Assembly: GCA_026387835.1 (NCBI GenBank)
Contig: JAPLKZ010000010.1
Location: forward strand, 176,379 to 208,378
Length of the DNA stretch: 32,000 nt
Source: Candidatus Saganbacteria bacterium
GTDB lineage: Bacteria; Margulisbacteria; WOR-1; JAKLHX01
Reading direction: 5' to 3'
Numbering within the stretch: position 1 is the stretch's first letter; each line of letters begins with the position of its first letter. The position numbers and the translations under genes are program-made. Shown piece by piece: positions 9,655-17,368 of this stretch. The notes beneath the pieces are model-generated. The model was not told the origin of the DNA. It worked only from the letters and a program-made list of their open reading frames with translations, and searched no databases.

Positions 9655-9680
9655 AAAAAACCCCGAATATCTATCCGAGG
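9655..9680 (-). terminator. putative intrinsic terminator or attenuator hairpin between aroC and rpsP
   Basis: The minus strand reads CCUCGG-AUAGAUAU-UCGGGG, a 6-bp stem including two G-U pairs, followed by UUUUUU. The stem is weak. Confidence 0.4.
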
Positions 9681-9734
9681 AATTATTGCGTTAATAAATA
9701 AAATCAGAGATCACTAAATTATGTAATTATTATA

Positions 9735-10757
9735 TCACAGGAAAGAGGCGAAATGCGCTTTTGTTTCTTCTAAGCTGTCGCCTCCGAATTTCTCGAGGAA
9801 AACACCCGCGATGACCATTGCAGCGGCGTTTTCTGCGATAACCGCGGCGGAATGGACTGCGCATACGTCCGACCTTTCAAAATGCGCCTCGCAGCTCTTT
9901 TTCGTGGCAAGATCTACCGATCTGAGCGGCTTTTTCAATGTGGCGATCGGCTTCATGGCGGCCCTTAATATCACCGGCTCCCCATTGGACATCCCGCCTT
10001 CTATGCCGCCCGCGTTATTTGAAGAATGGAATATCTTCCCGTTCTTTATCATTATCTCATCATGGACCTCTGACCCAAACCTGTTCGCCACGCCGAATCC
10101 CATGCCTATATCGACACCCTTTATCGCCTGTATGCTCATTATGGACTGCGCCAGAAGCCCGTCGAGCTTCCTGTCCCATTGGACGTGGCTGCCAAGTCCT
10201 GCAGGGAGACCTGTTATCCTGACCTCGAAGATGCCTCCTAGGCTATCGCCTTCTTTTCTCGCTTTTTCAACAAGATCTTTCCATTCGTTCTGTTTCAATA
10301 GGCCTCCTAGGGCTATTACGTCGCTTTCTATCTTTATCTTGAACTCCGACAGGAGTTTCCTGGCAATCGCTCCTGCAGCGACCCTGGCCGCTGTCTCGCG
10401 CGCGCTGGCTCTTTCAAGAATATTTCGGAGATCCTTCTGATTGTATTTGATCGAACCCGCCAGATCGGCATGCCCAGGCCGCGGCCTTGTCAAAAGAGCT
10501 GCCCTGTCGGATGAATCCGCGTTCTCTATCAAAATGCATATCGGACTTCCGATGGTATGTCCTTTTCTTACGCCCGAAAGTATCTGCGCCGAGTCCTTTT
10601 CGATCTTCATCCGCTCCGACCTTCCGATTCCGCCCTGTCTTCTTAAAAGCTCGGTATTAATATCATCTTCATTCAGCGCCATATTAGCGACCATACCTTC
10701 GAGGATGGCGGTAAGGGCTTTCCCGTGAGATTCGCCTGCGGTTAAAAACCTTAACAT
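9735..10757 (-). CDS. aroC: chorismate synthase
   Basis: 340 aa. MLRFLTAGESHG, RPGHADL and the GGIEGGMSNGEP motif are present. Confidence 0.96.
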   Translation of the reverse strand: MLRFLTAGESHGKALTAILEGMVANMALNEDDINTELLRRQGGIGRSERMKIEKDSAQILSGVRKGHTIGSPICILIENADSSDRAALLTRPRPGHADLAGSIKYNQKDLRNILERASARETAARVAAGAIARKLLSEFKIKIESDVIALGGLLKQNEWKDLVEKARKEGDSLGGIFEVRITGLPAGLGSHVQWDRKLDGLLAQSIMSIQAIKGVDIGMGFGVANRFGSEVHDEIMIKNGKIFHSSNNAGGIEGGMSNGEPVILRAAMKPIATLKKPLRSVDLATKKSCEAHFERSDVCAVHSAAVIAENAAAMVIAGVFLEKFGGDSLEETKAHFASFL

Positions 10758-10772
10758 AGTAGAAAAATTATA

Positions 10773-11615
10773 TCACTCATTCAGGGAAGCGACAACTTCA
10801 TTTATGACCCAGTCCGGGGTGGACGCGCCGGCCGTGACGCCGACCGCTATTTTACCTTTTAACCATTCCATGTCAAGTTCTTTCGAGTCCTGTATCTGAT
10901 GCGTCGGAGTGCCCGTCTCCTCGCAGAGTTCCTTGAGCCGCTTTGTGTTCGCGCTCTTCTTGTCGCCGATCACGAGCATGATATCGGACTTTTTCGCGAG
11001 TTCCACGGCGTCGCTTTGCATTTTTTTTGTGGCATCGCATATCGTATTAAGGACCTTGAGGTCTTTGATTTTTTTTCTTAATGCTTCCGCCACCGCGTTG
11101 AAGTTATCAAAGGATTGTGTCGTCTGCGCAACTATGCCGACCTTATTAGACAGGACGGACCCTACGATATTTCCTTCATTTTCTATCACGATAGAACCCT
11201 TTCCCGCCCATTCTGCTATCCCTTTGATTTCCGTGTGGTTTTTATCGCCGACTATTATTACCTGATATCCTTCCTGCGCCAACTTGTGGGCCGTATCCTG
11301 CGCTTTTCTGACCCATGGGCACGTTGTATCGATTATTTTAAGTCCCGTTTTTTTCGCTTCTTCCAATGTTTTCGGCCCTACACCATGAGAAGAAATTATC
11401 AGTGAGCCGGAAGAACCTTCGGGGATCTCCGAAAGAGATATGACGCTCTTTATGCCGAGGCCCTCAAGTTTTTTTATGACTAAAGAATTGTGGACAAGAA
11501 GTCCGAGAATGTAAACAGTGCCGCCGTTCTTTACAGCCTCAAGCGCGGTCCTGTAAGCCCGGTCGACCCCGGTGCAAAATCCGATGTGACGCGCGGTTTC
11601 TATTTTCCTGACCAA
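10773..11615 (-). CDS. ispH: 4-hydroxy-3-methylbut-2-enyl diphosphate reductase
   Basis: 280 aa. HIGFCTGVDRA, VHNSLV and TTCPWV provide the conserved Cys ligands. A TTG start has a GAGGAG SD 4 nt upstream. Confidence 0.93.
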   Translation of the reverse strand: MVRKIETARHIGFCTGVDRAYRTALEAVKNGGTVYILGLLVHNSLVIKKLEGLGIKSVISLSEIPEGSSGSLIISSHGVGPKTLEEAKKTGLKIIDTTCPWVRKAQDTAHKLAQEGYQVIIVGDKNHTEIKGIAEWAGKGSIVIENEGNIVGSVLSNKVGIVAQTTQSFDNFNAVAEALRKKIKDLKVLNTICDATKKMQSDAVELAKKSDIMLVIGDKKSANTKRLKELCEETGTPTHQIQDSKELDMEWLKGKIAVGVTAGASTPDWVINEVVASLNE

Positions 11616-12372
11616 TTTGCTCCTCGCTTCTTATCTCCTCAGCAAAATTCTCCGGAAATATTATAGTGAAAGTGGTCCCTTTACCCTCTTCGCTGTCCAC
11701 ATCGATCAATCCATTATGTGATTCTACTATACCATGCACTATAGTCAACCCCAAACCCGTACCTCCATACCGCAAAGAGAAAAATGGGTCAAATATCTTT
11801 GAAAGATGTTCGTTGGGGATCCCGCGGCCGGTATCCGCCACGGTGATAACGACGCTTTTCCCTGGCAGATGACTTTTCGAGGTTTTTCTGGCAGTAATAT
11901 TCAGCTGTCCGCCTTTTGCCATCGAACTTATCGCGTTCTGCATCAGATTTAAAAAGACCTGGAATATCTGCTGTGCATCAGCCTGGATCACAATATCTTC
12001 CTGAGGAGCAAATACCGCATTTATCTTATGCTCCTTAATGCTCCCTGCAAAGAAAAACAAAGCCTCTTTGATCAGTGCGTTTATATCGGCCGCTTCAATG
12101 CTCTGCTTCTTTGTGCGGGCATGGCTGAGCATTCCTTCGATTATCCTGTCGATCCTGCTTATTTCCACGGACATTATCTCGGTATATTTTTTCTTGAACT
12201 CCGGATCCTCGATCTTTTTTATCGCTAATTGAGACATGACTTTTATGGAAGCCAAAGGATTTTTGATCTCGTGAGCCATTCCGGCGGCCATTGTCCCGAG
12301 AGCTGCCAGCTTATCAGCCTGCCTCACCATTTTTTCGAGGCTTTTTATTTTTGAAGATTTGTCCATTGCCAC
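11539..12372 (-). CDS. histidine kinase core (DHp + CA only; no TM or sensor domain)
   Basis: 277 aa. It has the H-box MAHEIKNPL, N-box LNLMQNAISS, G1 DTGRGI and G2 GGTGLGL. The start is GTG 12372 or ATG 12366. A 40-aa tail after the CA domain overlaps ispH by 77 nt. Confidence 0.88.
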   Translation of the reverse strand: MAMDKSSKIKSLEKMVRQADKLAALGTMAAGMAHEIKNPLASIKVMSQLAIKKIEDPEFKKKYTEIMSVEISRIDRIIEGMLSHARTKKQSIEAADINALIKEALFFFAGSIKEHKINAVFAPQEDIVIQADAQQIFQVFLNLMQNAISSMAKGGQLNITARKTSKSHLPGKSVVITVADTGRGIPNEHLSKIFDPFFSLRYGGTGLGLTIVHGIVESHNGLIDVDSEEGKGTTFTIIFPENFAEEIRSEEQIGQENRNRASHRILHRGRPGLQDRA

Positions 12373-12440
12373 TTGTTTCTCGACCGGTATTTTTTAAAAT
12401 TTCACTTTTTTTGGATAATTTGGCAGATTGCTAAATTTAC

Positions 12441-13610
12441 CTATTTGAAAGATATATTGTTTTGCCGCATCCTGGCGATAGCTTGTTCGATCCTTTTCTC
12501 TTCCGCGGTTATGCAGACCCTTACGTATCCTTCGCCGCAACTGCCGTACCCGCTGCCTGGCACAATAAGCACCCCGCATTTTTCAAGAAGAATAGAGCAG
12601 AACTTTTCGCTTGTGAGACCGGCCGGTACAGGCGCCCATACATAGAACGTTGCTTTTGTATAAGGAAGTTCCCAGCCCAAAGAGTTCAATCCGTCAATAA
12701 GGACTTTCATTCTTTTTTCGTATGCCAGGTTCATTTTTTTTGTAAATTCATCGCTGCCGGACAAAGCCCGGACCGCGGCTTTCTGCACAGCCTTAAAAAC
12801 GCCGGAATCGATATTGGTCTTTACTATCGCGAGAGCTTTTATCACATCGGCGTTCCCTGCGGCCATCCCGATCCTCCAGCCGGTCATGTTATAAGTTTTT
12901 GAGAGCGAATGGAACTCTATTGCGATCTCTTTTGCGCCATGTATCTCGAGGATGCTCTGGGCCCTGTATCCGGAAAAGGTCACTTCCGAATACGCGAGGT
13001 CGCTGCAAAGGACGATATCATTGTTTTTGCAGAATTTCACCGCTTCCTTTAAAAATGATTCCGGGGCCACGGCCGATGTCGGATTGTTCGGATAATTGAT
13101 GAACATCAGTTTTGTTTTTTTTGCAATATCGGACGGTATCACTTTCAGGTCGGGAATAAAATTGTTTTCTTTTGTCAGCGGCATATAATACGGCTCGCCT
13201 CCTGCGAGAAGAGTGCACATCTTGTATACGGGATAAGAAGGATCGGGGATCAGAGAGATATCGCCCGGATCGAGCAAGGCGAACATTATATGGGCTATCC
13301 CCTCTTTTGAACCTATCAGCGACATCACTTCCCTGTCAGGGTCAAGCTCGACATTGAACCTTCTTTTGTACCAGCTCGCAACTTCCGACCTGAACTCCTT
13401 AATGCCCTCATACGGAGGGTAATTATGCGTCGACGGATCCTTCAACGCTTCATTTAAAGCATCGATTATGTACTGAGGGGTCGGCTGGTCAGGGTCGCCG
13501 ACGCTCAGATCGATGATATCCGCTCCCTTTGCCTGCGCTTTAGATTTCTTTTTATCTATCTCCGCGAAGAGGTATTTAGGGATTTTAGAGATCCTGTTGG
13601 TTTTCTTCAT
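12441..13610 (-). CDS. dapL: LL-diaminopimelate aminotransferase-type class I aminotransferase
   Basis: The N-terminal KYLFAEIDKKK...IIDLSVGDPDQPTP, SKEG, NNPT and the SLSKTYNMTGWRIG PLP-lysine motif are present. I prefer ATG 13610 (MKKTNR) because TATAAT lies 9 nt upstream. The track ORF starts at 13631. Confidence 0.85.
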   Translation of the reverse strand: MKKTNRISKIPKYLFAEIDKKKSKAQAKGADIIDLSVGDPDQPTPQYIIDALNEALKDPSTHNYPPYEGIKEFRSEVASWYKRRFNVELDPDREVMSLIGSKEGIAHIMFALLDPGDISLIPDPSYPVYKMCTLLAGGEPYYMPLTKENNFIPDLKVIPSDIAKKTKLMFINYPNNPTSAVAPESFLKEAVKFCKNNDIVLCSDLAYSEVTFSGYRAQSILEIHGAKEIAIEFHSLSKTYNMTGWRIGMAAGNADVIKALAIVKTNIDSGVFKAVQKAAVRALSGSDEFTKKMNLAYEKRMKVLIDGLNSLGWELPYTKATFYVWAPVPAGLTSEKFCSILLEKCGVLIVPGSGYGSCGEGYVRVCITAEEKRIEQAIARMRQNNISFK

Positions 13611-13619
13611 AGTATAAGA

Positions 13620-13625
13620 ATTATA
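13620..13625 (-). promoter_or_regulatory. putative -10 box (TATAAT) 9 nt upstream of the dapL ATG 13610
   Basis: The minus strand reads GTTATAAT-TCTTATACT-ATG, with no SD in the gap. Confidence 0.4.
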
Positions 13626-13707
13626 ACGCATTTATAAAAGAAATGAAATTTCAGAAAAATACTGCCGATATATGTTCGATTACTTATATCTATTTAAGGA
13701 AAACTAT

Positions 13708-15207
13708 ATGATCAGAAGTACAAGCAATTCGCATTCAAGGATAAAGATAGACCCTCAACTGATAAGGAGAGCGATTGCCTTGACATTACCAAACAGGCCC
13801 GGGACAATTCCTCTTCCAGGCTATATTGGCAGGCCGGGAATGGTCCTTATGTCAGATTCTCACGGCGAAATTGAAAGCGTACTTAGTATCTCTGCGGCTC
13901 TGCCGTCCAGCATAAGATTCGCGATAGATCTCGGCGACAAGGTCGACCACGGGCCTGACCCGATAGGCACTAACTTTGTTCTTCAGACAATGCGGATAAA
14001 AAGAGTATTGGGAAATCATGACGGAATGTGGATAGACGCCGGTCTCGGCATACCCTCCCAATCAATAGAACTAATAAGATGGCTTATGAGGTATAACGAG
14101 ATCAAATTTTTGACCTCGGATCTCGGCATAATATTAAACCCGCTCAAGGACTATGCCGAAAAATATTTCCCCGCGGGTTCGCACAGGATCGAAACAAAGT
14201 CAAAAGAGTCTCCTGTCATGGAAGCCGCAGCCACATATCTCAAGATAATCGCCGAGGCTCCTATAAGGTTCCCCGAACATGCGGGGACACGGTTAAACGA
14301 ATCTGACCTCAGGGTGCGCAGGGCTTTATTTTTTAAATCGGGCTTCGACGCATTGCGTGGACCGGAAAAGGAGATCTTCGGCCGCCTAACGGGGCCCGAA
14401 CGTCTCTTAAAAGCCGACTCGGATTATTTTTACCGCCTGATCGGAGGCTTAAAAACATTTACGGAAGAAGAACAGACTGTGATGGACCATTGCGCAAGTG
14501 AATTCAGGAACAACGAGGTATTTTATGATTTTGTCCGCTGGATGGTCGGAGAAGGCGACATCCATCTGACCTTCAGGCCTTACCAGGGATATCCCTGCGG
14601 TATTATCGCCACTCACGCGACGATACCCCTTGACGAAAACGGGGATTTCAAGCCTTTCTTCGGAAAAACAGGAAGGGCCGTCATGCTCGAAATAAAAGAA
14701 CGGATCCAGATAGCGATGGAAGCGTGGAGGCATGTCGTGCAGCACGGCGACACGACCATGATGGAGCTTCATCAGGAAAAGATAAACTCGCTGGCTTATC
14801 TTCCGTGGACCGCAGGGTCACCAATATACGGAAGGCAGATGCAGACCGCGGCCAGAGCCGTGCTTCCGGAATCCTCCGGCACATGGGAAGAGCCGAAAGA
14901 GCCGTTCTTTACCCATTTTGAAAAATACACGGAGCCTCAGGATACTGACAAGACAAGAAGATTGATAGCCGGATCTTTCGGGATACCTGACCATAACAAT
15001 TTTGTCATTGTAAGGGGCCACGAACCCAGCAAGGACGGGTCATTCCAGGTCCTTGCCGGAGGGTTCGTGATAAACATCGACGGCGGCCTTGCGGCAAAAT
15101 ACGGGAGAAAAGGCGGAGCTTTGGTATTCGGGGACAGAGGAGCCGCATGGCTTTCGTATCCGGGCCTGGAATATTCACGGGTCCCTCTGCCCATGGAAAG
15201 ACATTAG
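13708..15207 (+). CDS. fbp: class 3 fructose-1,6-bisphosphatase-like metallophosphoesterase (short form)
   Basis: The motifs SDSHGE, GDKVDHGPDP, GNHDGMW, HATIPLDENGDF and VRGHEPSK, plus the segment RYNEIKFLTSDLGIILNPLKDYAEKYF, resemble Bacillus-type Fbp. ATG 13708 has an AAGGA SD. The track ORF begins at 13672. Confidence 0.65.
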   Translation: MIRSTSNSHSRIKIDPQLIRRAIALTLPNRPGTIPLPGYIGRPGMVLMSDSHGEIESVLSISAALPSSIRFAIDLGDKVDHGPDPIGTNFVLQTMRIKRVLGNHDGMWIDAGLGIPSQSIELIRWLMRYNEIKFLTSDLGIILNPLKDYAEKYFPAGSHRIETKSKESPVMEAAATYLKIIAEAPIRFPEHAGTRLNESDLRVRRALFFKSGFDALRGPEKEIFGRLTGPERLLKADSDYFYRLIGGLKTFTEEEQTVMDHCASEFRNNEVFYDFVRWMVGEGDIHLTFRPYQGYPCGIIATHATIPLDENGDFKPFFGKTGRAVMLEIKERIQIAMEAWRHVVQHGDTTMMELHQEKINSLAYLPWTAGSPIYGRQMQTAARAVLPESSGTWEEPKEPFFTHFEKYTEPQDTDKTRRLIAGSFGIPDHNNFVIVRGHEPSKDGSFQVLAGGFVINIDGGLAAKYGRKGGALVFGDRGAAWLSYPGLEYSRVPLPMERH

Positions 15208-15246
15208 GTATTCAAACAATAGATTCAAAACCTGCTATGACGGGAT

Positions 15247-16059
15247 TCACTTTAAAGAATAGACGCCTTCAAAGACTTTTTCTGCCGGCCCTCTCATGAT
15301 GACATGGCTGTCATCCGCCCATTCGATATTAAGAGCCCCTCCGGGAAGATGGACCGTGACCTTTTTGTCGGTCAAATCGTTTGACGCGGCCGCAACTGCC
15401 GCAGCGCACGCGCCGGTACCGCATGCAAGCGTCTCCCCCGCGCCTCTTTCCCAGACTTTCAGTTCTATTTCTTTTTTGTTGATCACTTTTGCGAATTCGA
15501 CATTTGTCCTGCCAGGGAACTGAGGAAGGTTCTCGATGATCGGGCCGATCTTTGAGATCTCGATATTTTCGATGTTATCCGCAAATATGACGCAATGCGG
15601 ATTCCCCATCGAAACTTTGTTTATTTTATATTTTATCCCCTCGATGATCAGCTGTTCCTGCAGAGCGATTATTTCCGGAACACCCATGTCCACTTCGACG
15701 CCGATGAAATCTCCGTTCTCGACTATAACCGCAGGGATCTTTATGCCAGCAAGGGTCTCGACGGATATCACTTCTTTTTTATCTTCGCTTTTTTCCCAGA
15801 CGTACCTGGCAAAACAGCGGATACCGTTCCCGCACATCTCAGCTTCACTCCCGTCGGGGTTTATGACCCTCATTTTGAAATTTGCCTTGACCGAGGGAAG
15901 GACCAATATCACTCCGTCAGCCCCCGCGCCGTAATGCCTGTCACAGATCTCTTTGGAGAAACTCGCCAGATCGATACCGTTCATGTCCTGCGCCCCTGCA
16001 TCGACCAGTACAAAATCGTTGCCCGTGCCCTGCATTTTTACAAACTGTATGTCGCGCAT
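15247..16059 (-). CDS. dapF: diaminopimelate epimerase
   Basis: 270 aa. FVKMQGTGNDFVLVD and both catalytic Cys contexts (MCGNGIRC and ACGTGACA) are present. Confidence 0.96.
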   Translation of the reverse strand: MRDIQFVKMQGTGNDFVLVDAGAQDMNGIDLASFSKEICDRHYGAGADGVILVLPSVKANFKMRVINPDGSEAEMCGNGIRCFARYVWEKSEDKKEVISVETLAGIKIPAVIVENGDFIGVEVDMGVPEIIALQEQLIIEGIKYKINKVSMGNPHCVIFADNIENIEISKIGPIIENLPQFPGRTNVEFAKVINKKEIELKVWERGAGETLACGTGACAAAVAAASNDLTDKKVTVHLPGGALNIEWADDSHVIMRGPAEKVFEGVYSLK

Positions 16060-16418
16060 GTCACCTCCGATTCCCAGACCGTAGTTTTTGCCACCTTGAG
16101 GCCTGACGGCAATTTATTCTTCCCCGATTTTTTATTGAACGACCCGTATATTATTTTCGCGATGTTTTCGGCGGTCGGATTTATTTTTTTAAATATTTTG
16201 AGATCGTTCAGATTTTTGTGATCAAAAATATCAGTTGTACCTTTTAATATCGCCTTAGCCTTTTTAAAATCGAAGAGCATCCCAAGCTTATTGAGGTTTT
16301 TTCCGACAATAAGCACACTGACTTTCCATGTATGGCCGTGAAGGTTCTCGCAGGGTCCTTCATACCCTATAAGCTGGTGGGCCGCTGAAAATGTATCTTC
16401 GATCATTATTTCAAACAT
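16038..16418 (-). CDS. queD: 6-carboxy-5,6,7,8-tetrahydropterin synthase
   Basis: 126 aa. FSAAHQL and CENLHGHTWKV match the PTPS/QueD Zn-binding His motif. Confidence 0.9.
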   Translation of the reverse strand: MFEIMIEDTFSAAHQLIGYEGPCENLHGHTWKVSVLIVGKNLNKLGMLFDFKKAKAILKGTTDIFDHKNLNDLKIFKKINPTAENIAKIIYGSFNKKSGKNKLPSGLKVAKTTVWESEVTCATYSL

Positions 16419-17346
16419 TTGCCGCCTGCCTTAAATAGCCGCGCTTCCCCGATTTTGGAAGGGCTATTTGTTTGACATTTTGGAGCGGTCTTCCCAGAAG
16501 CCTGCTCCCCAGGTCCTGGAACTGTACCGCGCTGCCGCTTACAAAATATTTATGGTTCACTTTTGTCCCGGCCGACACTCTTGAAGCCGCAAGCCCCTTG
16601 GAAACAAGGATGCTCTTTGCCTGTGAAACTGCCTCCTCCGCCGGATCAATAAATTTTATTTTTATGCCGGTTATCTCCCTGAGTATCTTTGTCAGGTGCG
16701 GATAGTGGGTACAGCCGAGCACAAGCGTATCAATGCCTGATTTCAGCATCGGTTTCAGATACTGCAAAGCGACCCTTTTTGTCTCATCAGCCTCGATGAA
16801 CCCTCCTTCTATCAGGGGCACGAACAAAGGGCATGCTGCCGCGAATACATCAGCATCCTTTTTTATTTTTCTGATCGCCCTCTGGTAGGCGCTTGAATCG
16901 ATCGTAGCCTGCGTAGCTATTATACCTATCCGGCCTTTTCCCGTCTCCCGTACAGCTGCGGCAGCGCCGGGTTCTATCAAAGAGACAGTCGGTATCTTGT
17001 AATGATCTTTTACGATCGGATAAGCGACCGAGGAAGATGTACCGCATGCCATGATCACAAGCTTGACACCCTGCGATACCAGAAAATTGAGTATCTCGTA
17101 ATTAAACTTTACGATCTCCTGCGGTGACCTGCCCCCGTACGGAAGGCGCGCCGTGTCAGCAAAATATATCACATCCTCCGAAGGCATCTGTTTGATAACC
17201 TCCTTCAGTACGCTCAACCCGCCGACCCCTGAATCGAACATGCCTATCGGAGACGAAGCAGTTATCTTTGCCTGCGACTGCCCCTCGCCTGCATTGGGAA
17301 CTATCCTGTCATGCGCGATAGATTTTGCCACGCTTACTTCTGTCAT
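16411..17346 (-). CDS. murI: glutamate racemase
   Basis: 311 aa. IGMFDSGVGGLSV, MACGTSS and LGCTHYP are present. A GAAGGGG SD precedes ATG 17346. A ~33-aa N-terminal extension precedes the conserved core. Confidence 0.93.
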   Translation of the reverse strand: MTEVSVAKSIAHDRIVPNAGEGQSQAKITASSPIGMFDSGVGGLSVLKEVIKQMPSEDVIYFADTARLPYGGRSPQEIVKFNYEILNFLVSQGVKLVIMACGTSSSVAYPIVKDHYKIPTVSLIEPGAAAAVRETGKGRIGIIATQATIDSSAYQRAIRKIKKDADVFAAACPLFVPLIEGGFIEADETKRVALQYLKPMLKSGIDTLVLGCTHYPHLTKILREITGIKIKFIDPAEEAVSQAKSILVSKGLAASRVSAGTKVNHKYFVSGSAVQFQDLGSRLLGRPLQNVKQIALPKSGKRGYLRQAANV

Positions 17347-17368
17347 AAGACCCCTTCTGTCTTGAATT

